From Paraconexibacteraceae bacterium (GTDB lineage Bacteria > Actinomycetota > Thermoleophilia > Solirubrobacterales > Solirubrobacteraceae), in contig CAVSFU010000009.1 of the NCBI GenBank assembly GCA_963727365.1, positions 253,853 through 317,852 on the forward strand: a DNA stretch of 64,000 nt, read 5' to 3'. Positions within the stretch are counted from its first letter, which is position 1. Every line of letters starts with the position of its first letter. Shown here piece after piece: positions 52,795 to 64,000 of this stretch. The translations under genes were made by a program, and so were the position numbers. The notes beneath the pieces were generated by a model. That model did not search any database and was not told the DNA's origin. It worked only from the letters and a program-made list of their open reading frames with translations.

Positions 52795-54179
52795 GGCACG
52801 AGGCTAACCGCTGGGCTCATCGCCGCCTCCAGCGACCCGGCGAGCGCGACGGCGTTGCCCATCGAGCGGTCGACGAGCACCGGCGATCCGGGAAGGCAGG
52901 CGCGCATCGCGGCGTGCAGGAACTGCGCAGTGCGCTCGTCGTCAGGGCGGAAGTCCAGCAGTTGCGGCACCGCCGTGCGGATATCGCGGAAGTCGTGGAC
53001 GTCGAGTGTCACGCCATATCCGGAGTAGAACGGCCTGCCGAGCGTCATCACCGGCTTTGCGTGCAGCAGCGCCTCGAGCCCGACGGTCGAGCTGATCACG
53101 GCGACCGCGGCGGCGCGTGCGATCAGGTCCTGCGAGCCGACGTGGGGGCCAACGAGGCGGACGTTGCGCATGCGCTTGAGCTTGCGCAGCATCGCGATGC
53201 GGTTGTGCCCGATCGACATCGGGTGCTCCTTGACCACGAGGTCGTAACCGTGGGGCAGCGCGCGCGCAACCTGCTCGATCAGCGCGACCTGGTCGGCGCA
53301 ATGCGGGATCACGCGCTTGAGCTTGTAGTCCTCGACGACGTGCAGCGGGAAGTAGACGTAAGGGCGCGACCCGTCCGGCGCCGGCTCGTACATCCCACGG
53401 ACGGCGCGCGCACGCAGCGCGTCGCGCCCCTCGGCGGCGAGCCAGTGCGCCGGTCGCAGGTAGGGATTCTCCTGGTCCTCGAGCGCCTTGACGGCGAAGT
53501 GGCGCAGGACGAGGCGAAGGCGCCGGCTGCTGACCTCGATCGCGCGGTGATCGCGGATCGGCCGGTCGCGCGCGATGTACTCCGCGCTGAAGCGCTCGAG
53601 CTCGGCGCGCTCCTGCGGCTCGAGCGGGCGCAGGGCGTCGCGCGGGACGATCGGCCCCTCCATCGAGTTCACGTAGAGGCGCAGCGGGTCGGGGAAGATC
53701 GTGTAGAAGAGAAACAGCACCGGCACGTCGCGGTCGAGGGCCACGAGGTGCGCTGCGGTGCGGATCGTCTCGTTGCCGACCTCGGGGACGACGACATCCG
53801 GCCGGACCTCGTCGAAGAGCGCTTCCATCGCGCGCACGTGACGCACGGTGCGCTGCACCGCCCACGCCTCCGGCCGGTGGTCGCAGACGAAATCGGTGCG
53901 ATAGATGTCTCGGAACGTCGGGACGTCGTACTGCGCGGTGATGCGCGCAGCGTCGGTTTCCGCGTCCAGCTCCCCGATCGCCGCCATGCGGTCGACGAGC
54001 GCCGTCGCGGTCTCGCCACGCGCGCGCAGGCGGCGCGCCGCGTGGCGTGAGTAGGTCACGTGCGTGACGCGGTGCCCGCGGCGACGCAGCTCGGCGCCGA
54101 CGTGGCCGTAGAACCACGACTCGACGTGCTGCAGCGTGACGAAGAGGAAGTGCTGGGGCGGCGCGGAGGTTCGGTGCAT
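52791..54179 (-). CDS. Capsule_synth-family (KpsS/LipB-like) capsular polysaccharide biosynthesis protein; intact.
   Basis: The sequences YVYFPLHVVEDYKL, LVVKEHPMS and VISSTVGLEALLHAKPVMTLGRPFYSGYG are present. The family assignment is from remembered motifs. Confidence 0.7.
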   Translation of the reverse strand: MHRTSAPPQHFLFVTLQHVESWFYGHVGAELRRRGHRVTHVTYSRHAARRLRARGETATALVDRMAAIGELDAETDAARITAQYDVPTFRDIYRTDFVCDHRPEAWAVQRTVRHVRAMEALFDEVRPDVVVPEVGNETIRTAAHLVALDRDVPVLFLFYTIFPDPLRLYVNSMEGPIVPRDALRPLEPQERAELERFSAEYIARDRPIRDHRAIEVSSRRLRLVLRHFAVKALEDQENPYLRPAHWLAAEGRDALRARAVRGMYEPAPDGSRPYVYFPLHVVEDYKLKRVIPHCADQVALIEQVARALPHGYDLVVKEHPMSIGHNRIAMLRKLKRMRNVRLVGPHVGSQDLIARAAAVAVISSTVGLEALLHAKPVMTLGRPFYSGYGVTLDVHDFRDIRTAVPQLLDFRPDDERTAQFLHAAMRACLPGSPVLVDRSMGNAVALAGSLEAAMSPAVSLVP

Positions 54180-54206
54180 CGGTGGTGTGGCCTTCAGCCA
54201 GCCCGC

Positions 54207-56745
54207 TCAGTCGACCTCGACGAGCGAGACGCCGCGCGCGGCGAAGTACGCCTGCGTGCCCTCGTTGTAGATGCGGTTGAAGCGCGCGGCGCCGCGCGGC
54301 TTGGCCGCCTTGCCCTTCGTTGGCGCGCGCCATGCCTCGGCCGGTGTCACGGCCGGCAGCGCGGCGTCGACGTCGTCGCGAACGAACAGCGCGTTGGACG
54401 AGCCCGGCACGCTTCCGACGAGCCGGTACCCCTTGCGTCGTCCGACGCGCTCGAGCGCCGCGATGCTCGCGCCCCAGTAAGCCTTCGGGTGGCGAAACCC
54501 GCCCGACTCGTCGCGAGCCGCTCGATTGAAGTCGGCGGCATACGGGATCGTGACGGCGTCACTCGCGCCGAAGTACGGGTTGTACTCGCAGATCATGAAA
54601 CGCGGCCGAACCTCCAGCGCCTCCCAGATCCAGTAGTCGACGCCGTCGAGGTCGAGGCCGAGGTAGTCGAGGTCGCGGTCGAAACCGTGCTGCGCGAGGA
54701 GCTCGTTGACCGTCTCCGTCGTGATCCACGCGTGCTCGGCCTTTACGGGCAATCCCTCGAACAGGCCACGGGCGATCTCGACGAGTTCCTCGTTGCCGTC
54801 GAGCAGCAGAACGCCAAAGTCGAGGCCGGCAACGAGCACACCGGCGTTCCCGCCGTTTGCGCCACAGCCGATCTCCACGCCCCGGTGATGCTCGATGCCG
54901 ATCCGCCGGAAGACCTCCACGGTTACGCCGTCCTCGCCGTGCTGGGAGATGACGCGGTGGGCGTACTCGGCGAGCTCCAGCCCGGTCGGGCGCGCCTGCA
55001 GCTGCGCGACGGCATCGCGGACATCGGGGAGCACCGCCGTCCGCCGGCGCTCCATCTTCGACACGCTGCGCCGCTGTTTGCGCTCGACCGCCGCGGCCGG
55101 CGTCACGGGCTTCGGCGGCTTCGGCGACTTCTCGGGCTTCGGCGGCTTCTCGGCCTTCGGCGGCTTCTCGGCCTTCGGCGGCTTCTCGGCCTTCGGCGGC
55201 TTCCCGGCCTTCGGGGTCTTCGCCCGCTTCGCGTCGCGACGATGCTTTGCCCGCCGCCGGCGCCGTCGCTCGCGCGCGATCGACCGGCGCGCAGCGCGTG
55301 CCAGCACGCGACCGGTGACGCTGCGCCGCTGGCCGTTAGGGCTCTTGGCGTCCTTGCCTGCGGCGATCGCCTCGATCGCGTCGAGCATCCGCGGCGTCGC
55401 CGGCTCGTCGAGCCCGTACGGCCGGATGAACTCCTCGGTGAAGCGCCGGCTGCGTTCGCTTGACGACCTCCTCGGGATGCGGCTCGGCAAGGGCCGTCGG
55501 CAGCTGCGCGGCGTGCTCCTCGTAGGAGTTCGCGACGTGCAGCAGCCCACCCCCGGCGGTCAGCAGGTGGTGGAAGTGCAGCATGCCCTCCTGCGTCTCG
55601 CGGTAGCGGTCGGCCAGCACCGTGAACACGGGACGCCCGAGGATCGCCGCCTCGAGGAACGCGCTCGTGTTGACGCCCGCGACGGCGGCGGAGTAGTAGA
55701 TCGAGTCGAAGTAGTCCTGGCGCAGACTCGACGCTCGGTCGGGTTCGCGCCGTCGGCCGGGTACAGGTGACGTCTCGACTCGGCAACGACGCGAGTTCGG
55801 CGGCTCGTCGTCGACCAGACGGGTTCGCGGGATGCGGGCGAACGAGCACCTGCAGGTCGCTCAGCCCGCCGCGCTCGAGCTCGCGCACCCACTCGACGAC
55901 GTAGCCGGCCTCGTCGGGCGCGATGAACCCGGACGACCCGACGTAGAGCACGAACGGCCGGTCGGGGTCGAGGCCGACCGCGGCGGCGAACTCGCTCGCG
56001 CGAGCGGCTGGGCTCCCAGCCGAACCAGTGGTCGTAAGGCGACGGCGCCGGTGACGCGACGCGCTCGGCCGGGACGCCGTGCAGCTGCACCGCCTCCGTC
56101 GCGCTGCGTCCTCGTTCCAGACCGTGACGGCGTCGGGCAGCTCGTGGATCAGCCCCTTGTTCGTGAGGTTGTCCCAGCTCGCGACGCAGAGGCACGTCGG
56201 GATGCCGAGGTCGTTGGCGGCGCGCAGGTACTCGACCTGGACCGAGCCCGGCTCGAGCAGCGGCGTGACGAGCACGACGTCGGGCTCTGCGCTCGCGCGA
56301 GATAGCGCATCAGCGGCTCGCTCACCGGCGCGGCGGCTCGGCGGCGCGCTCGAGCGGCTGCAGAGCCGACTGCCCCGGCCGCGGGCAGCGACCGCGCGAT
56401 GCCGCGCGATCCGCGGCGGCGACGAAGCTCTCGGCGCGCCGTCGGAGCTTCGGCGCATCCGCTGAACTCCGGGTCGAGGTAGCGCATGTAGTCCAGCGCG
56501 AGGCGTAGCCGGCTGGCGATCCACGCCCAGTCGCTCCTTCGGCGGCCGCGGATGACGCGCCGCTCGTCATGCGCGGGTACTCGGCGACCAGCGCGTTCGC
56601 GAGGTCCGACGAGCCCGGGCAGGTTCTTCTTCTCGCGTCCGGTCGAGGCCATATGGACCTCGTGTCCGCGCTCGGCCAGCCCGCGCAGCGTCGACTCGAA
56701 GTTGCGGGCCTGGCCCGCATGCGACATGAAGAAGAGGATTCGCAC
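54207..56745 (-). pseudogene. Multidomain GT-B-like capsule/glycan biosynthesis protein joined by a Lys/Pro-rich repeat linker to a C-terminal SQHGEDG (FkbM-like) domain; roughly 10 frame shifts.
   Basis: The readable segments lie across three frames:
- VRILFFMSHAGQARNFESTLRGLAERGHEVHMA
- EPDVVLVTPLLEPGSVQVEYLRAANDLGIPTCLCVASWDNLTNKGLIHELPDAVTVWNED
- EFAAAVGLDPDRPFVLYVGSSGFIAPDE...VLVRPHPANP
- DYFDSIYYSAAVAGVNTSAFLEAAILGRPVFTVLADRYRETQEGMLHFHHL
- FTEEFIRPYGLDE...(EKPPKA)n...ISQHGEDGVTVE...LDLDGVDYWIWE. Confidence 0.6.
55108..55225. repeat. 18-bp tandem repeat (cttcggcggcttctcggc) with 3 perfect copies plus degenerate flanking copies. It encodes (EKPPKA)n on the minus strand.
   Basis: Perfect copies are at 55136-55153, 55154-55171 and 55172-55189. 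A copy with 1 mismatch is at 55190-55207. Confidence 0.9.
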
Positions 56746-57710
56746 GCGAGCCTTCCCTGCCGTAGGTCGCGGCAAAGCGCTCGACCTCGGCGAGCTCCGA
56801 GCGCCGAGGCGTCGACCGCGAAGTTGCGATCGACGAGCGCCTCGAGCGCCGCCGGCGAGACGTAGTTGTAGACGAAGATGTTGCGCGGCTTCTCGGTCGC
56901 GAAGCCGCCGCGGTGGAAGCCGCTCGTGTTGCAGAAGATCATCGAGCCGGCCGGCGCGGTGAACGTCTTCATGGCGGAGCTCGGCACGCGCTGGTCGAAC
57001 TCGTCGCCGGGCGGGTAGGTCTCGCCGGCGGGCTCCCACGGCCAGTCGTCGGCGTACGGGCCGCTGCGCGCGCTGCCCGGGACGTACTCGAACGGCCCGG
57101 TCCCCTCGTCGACGTCGACGAGGTAGACGAAGACCTTCACGAGGTGCTGGTCGTTGTAGTCGCGGTGCCAGCGCATCGAGCCGAGGCGGTCGGCCTCCGA
57201 GCCGCGCGGCGGCGTGTACCACTGGTCGGCGTAGCTCAGCTTCGACCACATCCGCAGGTAGCTGTTGACGATGTCGAGCATGCCGCGTCGACGCGCCCAG
57301 CTGCAGCCACGGGTTCTCGAGCGTCAGCGGCGCCTTCTTGAAGCGGCGGCCCATGAAGAACTTCTGCTTCTTGCGGGCTTGTCGGCTTGCCGGGCTTCGA
57401 GCGGCTTGGGCTTCGCCTTCGGTTCTTCGCAGCACGGCCGCGACCTTGGCCTCGATCTCGCGCGTGTAGGGCCGGCGTCGGCGCGCGAGCTGCGTCCCAC
57501 GAGTCCTCGACCAGAACAGCTCCGTCGAGTGCGCACGATCGCAGAAGCCGTCTCGCTCGAGCTCGTCGACGATATGCCGCTGCTGGACTCGTCGAGCTCG
57601 GGCACGTTCGCCGCGAAGCAGCTCACGGCTGGCGGGTTGCTCTCGACCTCGTCGTGGCGCTTGTAGGCGGCCCTGACCTCCTCGGGCGCGGCCTCCTTGA
57701 CCTTCGGCAT
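56746..57710 (-). pseudogene. PhyH-like Fe(II)/2-oxoglutarate dioxygenase with at least 3 frame shifts. No stop codon in any frame before the next gene's GTG.
   Basis: The readable segments are MPKVKEAAPEEVRAAYKRHDE..., then VQQRHIVDELERDGF, then MLDIVNSYLRMW...MRWHRDYNDQHLVKVFVYLVDVDEGTGPFEYVPGS...FCNTSGFHRGG. This gives the HxD...H triad. Confidence 0.6.
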
Positions 57711-57800
57711 TGCTGCGTCTCACTCTTGACTCGGCTGCGTCCGCGCACGCCGCCTGACATGCTGCACGCCGTGTGGCGCAGTCCAGCCGATCCCTGCTCG

Positions 57801-58863
57801 TCACGCCGCCGTCGAAACCACGCGTGACAAGCTCGACCAGCGGCAGATCGGTGTGGCGCAACGCGACGAAGTCGCCCCATCCGGGCCCGTCGAAGATCCC
57901 CTGCGCCAGCTCGTAGTGCCATGGACTGGGTGTGCGCCGCGATCGGTGCTGAAGCTGACAGAGGGGACGTCCAGGAACGGCGCCAGGTAGGAGAAGCCGC
58001 CGTAGGTCCCGACGAAGGCCTTGGCGTTGGCCGACGACCGCGGTCTGGATGGCGAGGTTGTCCTCGGGCTTGCAGCAGGTGGTCGATCGTGATGACGCCG
58101 CGGGCAGCTCGCCCTGGACGTCGCGGTGCTCGTCGAGCGCGAACGGGTTGCCGATCAGCACGACGTTCGGTGGTGCGGCTGCAGCGACTTGATGACGGCC
58201 GAGGCGAAGGCCGCGGCTCTCGGGAGTCTGGGGAACGAGTCGCGCGAGTAGAAGCGCACGGCGACGTAGTCGTCGGGAAGCGTCGGCGGCGACCGCCGAG
58301 CGGTCCGGCGGCGTCGATCGGCTGGTAGATCGAGGTCAGCCCCTCGACGGCGCCGTCCTCGCTCCGCGTCAGCGCGCGCGGGTAGGCGAGCTGATTGATC
58401 TTCAGGAAGCGGAAGTACGCCTGGTACATCACCGACGGATGCAGCACCGCGGCGTCCTCGATGCCGAGGTCGCGCTTGACGGCGCGCGAGCACGCGGTCG
58501 TCGAACTCGCGGACCTCGCGCTGCTTGTCGGCGATCGCGCGGTGCTGCGCGAAGTCCTCCGGCGGGAACAGCGAGAGGATGTCGACGTAGTGCGCGCTCG
58601 ATGCCCGCTCGACCAGCCCTGCGACGCCGCCGCGCGAGACGACGATCGAGCCGTCCGCGCAGCTCCGGGAACTCGTCACTGCACCAACGCAGCATCGGAA
58701 TCCAGTAGAGGAGCTCGAAGCCGACCTCGCCGGTGAACGGGCCGGCGATGCACCGGCCGGTCGCCCTGCGATCGCCTGCTCGACCTCGGCGCGCACGCGC
58801 GCGATCTCGTCGTCGAGCGTCGCGCGCTTCTTCTTTGCCGTCGGCCGGCCGTCGGCGCCTCAC
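57801..58863 (-). pseudogene. Paralog D of an uncharacterised GEVGFELLYWIP/TYGG-motif (GT-B-like) family; at least 5 frame shifts, boundaries approximate.
   Basis: The readable segments are:
- CIAGPFTGEVGFELLYWIPMLRW
- GSIVVSRGGVAGLVERASSAHYVDILSLFPPEDF
- LHPSVMYQAYFRFLK
- LPDDYVAVRFYSRDSFP
- VLIGNPFALDEHRD
- ANAKAFVGTYGGFSYLAPFLDVPSVSF
- HYELAQGIFDGPGWGDFVAL. Confidence 0.55.
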
Positions 58864-58910
58864 CGGGGGTTCGCCTCAGGCGTCTCACGTTTCGTCCAGA
58901 CTGCAGCGGC

Positions 58911-59976
58911 GTGCCTCGCGATCAAGCATCTGCCGCGGAGCATTTCGCATCTCGCAGCTGGGCGCACCTGCGAACCCGCGGTGTCGCCGGATTCACGCGC
59001 CTCGCCGGGCAGGAAGCGGTGCTGCGACTCCACGGCGCCGCCCTTCAGCCGCAGCTGCGCGGCGTGGCGCGCTCGAGGCGGCCATTGCTCGTCGGACCGT
59101 TCCTCGGCGAGGTCGGCTTCGAGGTCCTCTACTGGATTCCGCTCGTGCGGCGCCTGCTGACCGAGCACGACATCGCCCCCGAGCGCGTCGTCGTGATCTC
59201 GCGCGGCGACAGCGCAGGCTGGTATCGCGGGCTCGCCGACACCTACGTCGACGCACTCGACCTCTTCGCTCCCGAGGAGTTCACACGCCTACTGGCGGCG
59301 CGCCGCGGGCGGGCGGGCGACCAGAAGCAGGTCGGCGGCGCGGCGCTCGACCGCCGTCTGGCGCGGTTTGCCCGCGAGCGCGCAGCCCTCCCCCGCCGCA
59401 CGCTGCAGCTGCACCCACGGATCATGCACCTGCTGCTACGCGACGTCTGGGCCGGACGCCGTCCGCCGGCGGATGTCGCGTCGAGCGCTGCGATGGTCGC
59501 GCCTCGACGCACCGGACGCCGTTTCGCGGGCCGCGCTCAAGCTCTACGACAACGTCGCGTTCGCAGACACCGACGCCAACCGCCGCTGGATCGACGCATT
59601 CGCGGGGGAGCTGGCGCGCGCGCTGCCCGTGGTCGCCGCTGTCACCGAACAACCGGTCGACGGCCACAGCGACCTTGTGCCCTCGAACGTCGCGGTGCAG
59701 CGCGTCGACGTGCGCGCCAGCCTCGCGCACCACAGCGAGATCCTCGGCACGGCGCGCGTCGCGATCACCACCTACGGCGGGATGGCCTACGTCCCGATGC
59801 TCTACGGCGTGCCGACGCTCGCGTTGCGCGCCGACGACGGCGACAACCCCGTGCACCTCGCGGTCGCCGAGCTCGCGGCGCGTGCGCTCGCGACACCGTT
59901 TCGCGTCCTCGACATCCGCGGCACGACGCCGGCCGCCGCGGCCGCCGCCGCGCTTGCGCTGGCCGACGCGCGCTGA
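58911..59976 (+). pseudogene. Paralog E of the same family; at least 1 frame shift near 59470.
   Basis: The first frame reads LLVGPFLGEVGFEVLYWIPLVRRL...VVVISRGDSAGWYRGLADTYVDALDLFAPEEF...LQLHPRIMHLLLRDVW. The second reads KLYDNVAFADTDANRRWIDAF...ARVAITTYGGMAYVPMLYGVPTLAL...NPVHLAVAEL. Confidence 0.6.
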
Positions 59977-59999
59977 GGACCGGGTTAACCTTCGCCGCC

Positions 60000-60870
60000 A
60001 TGGCGCGCCTCGCTGCCACGACGCCGGCGCACGCCGCCCGCGAGGTGCGGGTCATCCAGGCGCGCCAGCCCGGCCCGCTCGCGCGACTGCGTGAGCTGTG
60101 GCAGAGCCGCCGCCTCGTGGTGTGGTTCGGGCGCACGTTCACCGAGCGCCTCTACGCGAACACGGCGCTTGGCTGGTGGTGGGTCCCGCTGCGCCCGCTG
60201 CTGGGCATCGTCCCCCGTGCGCTGATCTTCGGCGGCGTGCTGAACGCGCCGTCCAACGGGACGCCGTACCTGCTGTTCTTCCTCGTCGGGCTGGGCGCGT
60301 GGAACGTCATCGACCGCGCCTGGTACATGGGCACGCGCTCGCTGCAGATGAGCGCCAAGTACCTCAACAGCATGTACCTGCCGCGCCTGGTCCCGGTGTT
60401 CGCCGCGGCCGCGCCGGGGCTCGTCGAGCTCGTGCTCTACGCGGCCTTCGCGGTGCTGGCGGTCGCCTACATGACGACATTCGACGACGGCTGGCCGCTC
60501 GACCTCGCCGCCGATGCGGTGCTGCTGCTGCCAGCGGCGATCGTGCTGATCGTCGCCGTCGGCATCAGCCTGAGCCTGTGGACCGCGGTGCTCGGCACGC
60601 ACCTGCGCGACACGCGCTGGACGGTCCGCGCGGTCCTCGGCGTATGGATGCTGCTGACGCCGGTGATCTACCCGCTGAGCGCCGTCCCGGACGGCTACCG
60701 CACCGCGGCCGAGCTGAACCCGCTGACGGCACCGATGGAGATGATCCGCACGGCGCTCTTTGGGGTCGGCGACGTAACGTCGCTCGCCGTCGGCGTGACG
60801 ATCGGCTTCGTCGCCGTCGTCGGCGCGCTCGGGCTGGTGTGGTTCGGTCGCGCGGAGGCGACCGCGCTCG

Positions 60871-60878
<8 letters not shown>
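60000..60878 (+). CDS. ABC-2-type polysaccharide/teichoic-acid export permease (Wzm/KpsM/TagG-like).
   Basis: It reads LWQSRRLVVWFGRTFTERLYANTALGWWWVPLRPLL, followed by six TM segments and NPLTAPMEMIRTALFG. Confidence 0.85.
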
Positions 60879-62015
<1,137 letters not shown>

Positions 62016-62023
<8 letters not shown>

Positions 62024-63013
62024 GCAGGCGCTGCAGCTGCGTGGCGCCGACCAGCGTCAGCTCGGCGGCGTCGAGCGTGTCGACCAGCGCTCGCGCGACA
62101 CGGTGATGGACGAGTCCGTAGTCGCGCGACTCGAACACGCCGACGGACGAGACGCCGAGCAGCAGCGCGAGGTAGTTCAGTCCCCCATAGGTCGAGACGA
62201 GCGCGTCGGCCCTGGCGATCACGGCGCTTTGCAGCGCCAGGTTCGACGCCGGCTCGAAGCAGCCGGCGAGATCGACGACGTTCGCCGTGCGCGGGCAGCG
62301 CAAGCTCGACGTGGTCGTCGAGCTCTAGGCCGGTTCGCGCGAGGACGACCGGCACGTGCTCAGCGAGCCGCTCGATCAGCCGGCCGAACACCGCCGGCCC
62401 GAGGCCGTCAGCGGGCAGGACGCCGCTGGCGTACGGCTTGACGACGACGTAGCGCGGCGGCAGCTCGATCCCGGCGGGGGCGGGCGGGCGCGCGAGCGGC
62501 GCGAAGGTCAGCGCCGCCAGCAGGTGGCGCGGGCGACTCACGCTCGGTCCACGCAGGGCGAAAGCGCCGGTACATCGTCGAGGGGTGAAGGACGGCCGCG
62601 TCGGCTCAGCCCGAAGCGCTCGCGCGCGCGCGTCGACGGCCCGCCGCTCGAACGCTGTCATCGCAAGCTGCTTGCGCGACGCACCCGGGGGCGGCGAGGC
62701 GGCGCGCGACGACGTCTGCCGAGGGCACAGGTCGTGCAACTCGGCGTAGCGCGTGGCGACGTCGTCGTACCAGCCGGCGACACCGCCGCGCGACAGTGCG
62801 ATCGTGCGCTGCGGGATCGAGCAGCCCGCGGTCGCGCAGGGAGCGCAGGAACGGGACCCAATAGAGCAGCTCGAACCCGACCTCCGACGTCCACGGACCG
62901 ACGATCACGGGAGCATCCGTGCGCAGCGCACGACGGAGGTGCAAGGCCGCGGCGCGAGCGCCGCCGGCGACTTCGACGCGCTTGGCCAGGACGCGCACGG
63001 CGGTGCCCGGCAT
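62016..63013 (-). pseudogene. Paralog F of the GEVGFELLYW/TYGG family; at least 6 frame shifts.
   Basis: The readable segments are:
- MPGTAVRVLAKRVEVAGG...VIVGPWTSEVGFELLYWVPFLRSL
- IALSRGGVAGWYDDVATRYAELHDLCP
- AAVLHPSTMYRRF
- IELPPRYVVVKPYASGVLP...FGRLIERLAEHVPVVL
- NVVDLAGCFEPASNLALQSAVIARADALVSTYGGLNYLALLLGVSSVGVF. Confidence 0.55.
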
Positions 63014-63073
63014 CGGCGCAGTCTAGCGACGACGAGCGCGGCTCCGGAGCGTCCTGCGACCTATGATGGCTCA

Positions 63074-64000
63074 ATGCCGCAGGAAGACCGCGATGGCTTC
63101 TTCGAGCTCGCCGCGAGCCATACCTCTTATCTGAGCACCGCGGTGAATGGGGCGACGTACCTCATCCGGACCGAGGATCAGAACGTCGGCAGGTCGCTGT
63201 TCGTCAAGGGCGGCCGCAGCGAGATGCAGCTGCTGCGGCGCGCGCTAACGCTCGTGCGCGAGGCGCTCGGCGAGGACGCGCTCGACGGCACCGACTTCCT
63301 CGATGTCGGCGCGAACATCGGCACGACGACGGTCTCCGCGCTGCTCGACGGGCCGCTTCTCGGCGGCCGTCTGCTTCGAGCCGGAGCCGAAGAACATCGT
63401 CGACCTGCGGCTCAACCTGCTGATCAACGGGCTCGACGAGCGCGCAACCGCGCTCGGTGTTGCGATCTCCGACAGCATCGGCACTGCGCAGTTCGTGGCC
63501 AACACGCACTACAGCGGCCAGGGGTGGATCGCCACCGACGAGAGCCACCTCAGCCGCCTGACCGCCGACGACGAGACGATCTCGGTTCCGACGACGACGC
63601 TCGACGAGCTCGTCGCGTCCGGCGTCATCGCGTCCGACCGCGTCGGCCTGCTGTGGATCGATGCGCAGTCGCACGAGGGGCACATCCTCGCCGGAGCCAC
63701 GCGCTTGCTCGAGCAGGGCGTGCCGATAGTGCTCGAATGGCACCCGCGCGCGCTCGCCCGCCTCGGCGACCGCGAGGTCATCGAGCAGCGCGTCGCCGAG
63801 CACTACACGCACTTCATCGACCTGCGCCCTGCGACGGTGCCCGGTCAACCCAACTACCACCTTCACGAGTCCGCCGCGCTCGCGGACTATGTCCAGCCGT
63901 TCACGGACGGCAGCAGCCCGCGGAGCTACACCGACATCCTCATCATGCGGCTCCCCGCGGGCGTCGCCGAGGGTCTCGATGCGGCGGGAGCGATTGCGCG
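63074..64000 (+). pseudogene. FkbM-family methyltransferase; frame broken near 63352; the 3' end runs off the window.
   Basis: It reads MPQEDRDGFFELAASH...DFLDVGANIGTTTVSALLDG, then shifts into RFSAAVCFEPEPKNIVDLRLNLLINGL...SDSIGTAQFV...TTLDELV...LLWIDAQSHEGHIL. It is not in the ORF track because no stop lies in the window. Confidence 0.7.

Noticed and set aside
55108-55225. Regular 18-bp repeats as a possible CRISPR array or minisatellite.
   Set aside because: There are no spacers between the units. The repeats are contiguous and in frame, encoding (EKPPKA)n inside a long ORF. There are no cas genes. I treat it as a coding tandem repeat.

Overview
This is a high-GC (about 70%) chromosomal window that looks like Actinobacteria or Thermoleophilia. 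Genes are tightly packed and many adjacent genes share 4-nt GTGA/ATGA start/stop overlaps. I found no rRNA, tRNA, CRISPR array, IS element or prophage.

Layout:
- 1-20.9 kb is core and transport genes. It holds two tandem APC-permease/USP fusions, an MFS/MarR pair, a GDPD, a secreted beta-helix protein, the H+-pyrophosphatase, rex-ybdK-DUF1844, grx-tsaD-rimI-tsaB-tsaE, a Wzx-like flippase, and cysE/cysK.
- 20.9-25.3 kb is an arsenic and metal island. It contains arsC-aquaglyceroporin divergent from arsR-arsM, a small Cys-pair ORF, an R2-like diiron protein, and a COG0523 GTPase behind a palindrome.
- 25.3-34.6 kb holds regulators and housekeeping genes. These include XRE/MmyB, Rrf2, VanZ, an HDOD-LuxR fusion, gltX, nfo, and GntR-DJ-1 divergent from a desaturase and an acyl-CoA dehydrogenase across a perfect 15-5-15 operator.
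- 34.6-39.1 kb is dnaE. It is interrupted in frame by a 332-aa intein at the FNK/SH motif. The intein's insert domain looks like a PD-(D/E)XK (Vsr/DUF559-like) nuclease rather than LAGLIDADG or HNH.
- 40-46 kb holds argG, a secreted GH-A hydrolase, an O-antigen-ligase/TPR protein and an ECF sigma factor.
- 46-64 kb is an ABC-transporter-dependent glycan cluster. It contains GT4, an animal-type (NANS-like) ulosonic acid synthase, a fused transketolase, a cytidylyltransferase, methyltransferases, a KpsS-like Capsule_synth protein, a PhyH-like dioxygenase, a multidomain GT-B protein with a K/P-rich tandem repeat, three paralogs of an uncharacterised GEVGFELLYWIP-motif family, and Wzm/Wzt-like transporter genes.

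A recurring feature is single-nucleotide frame disruption in otherwise well-conserved genes. These are isolated hits in hppA, argG, the ECF sigma and the synthase. The density is extreme (several per kb) across 54.2-63.4 kb, while dnaE, gltX and the transketolase are intact.

Limits: all calls rest on manual translation and remembered family motifs, with no database search. Start codons are inferred, and frameshift positions are approximate to about 5 nt.
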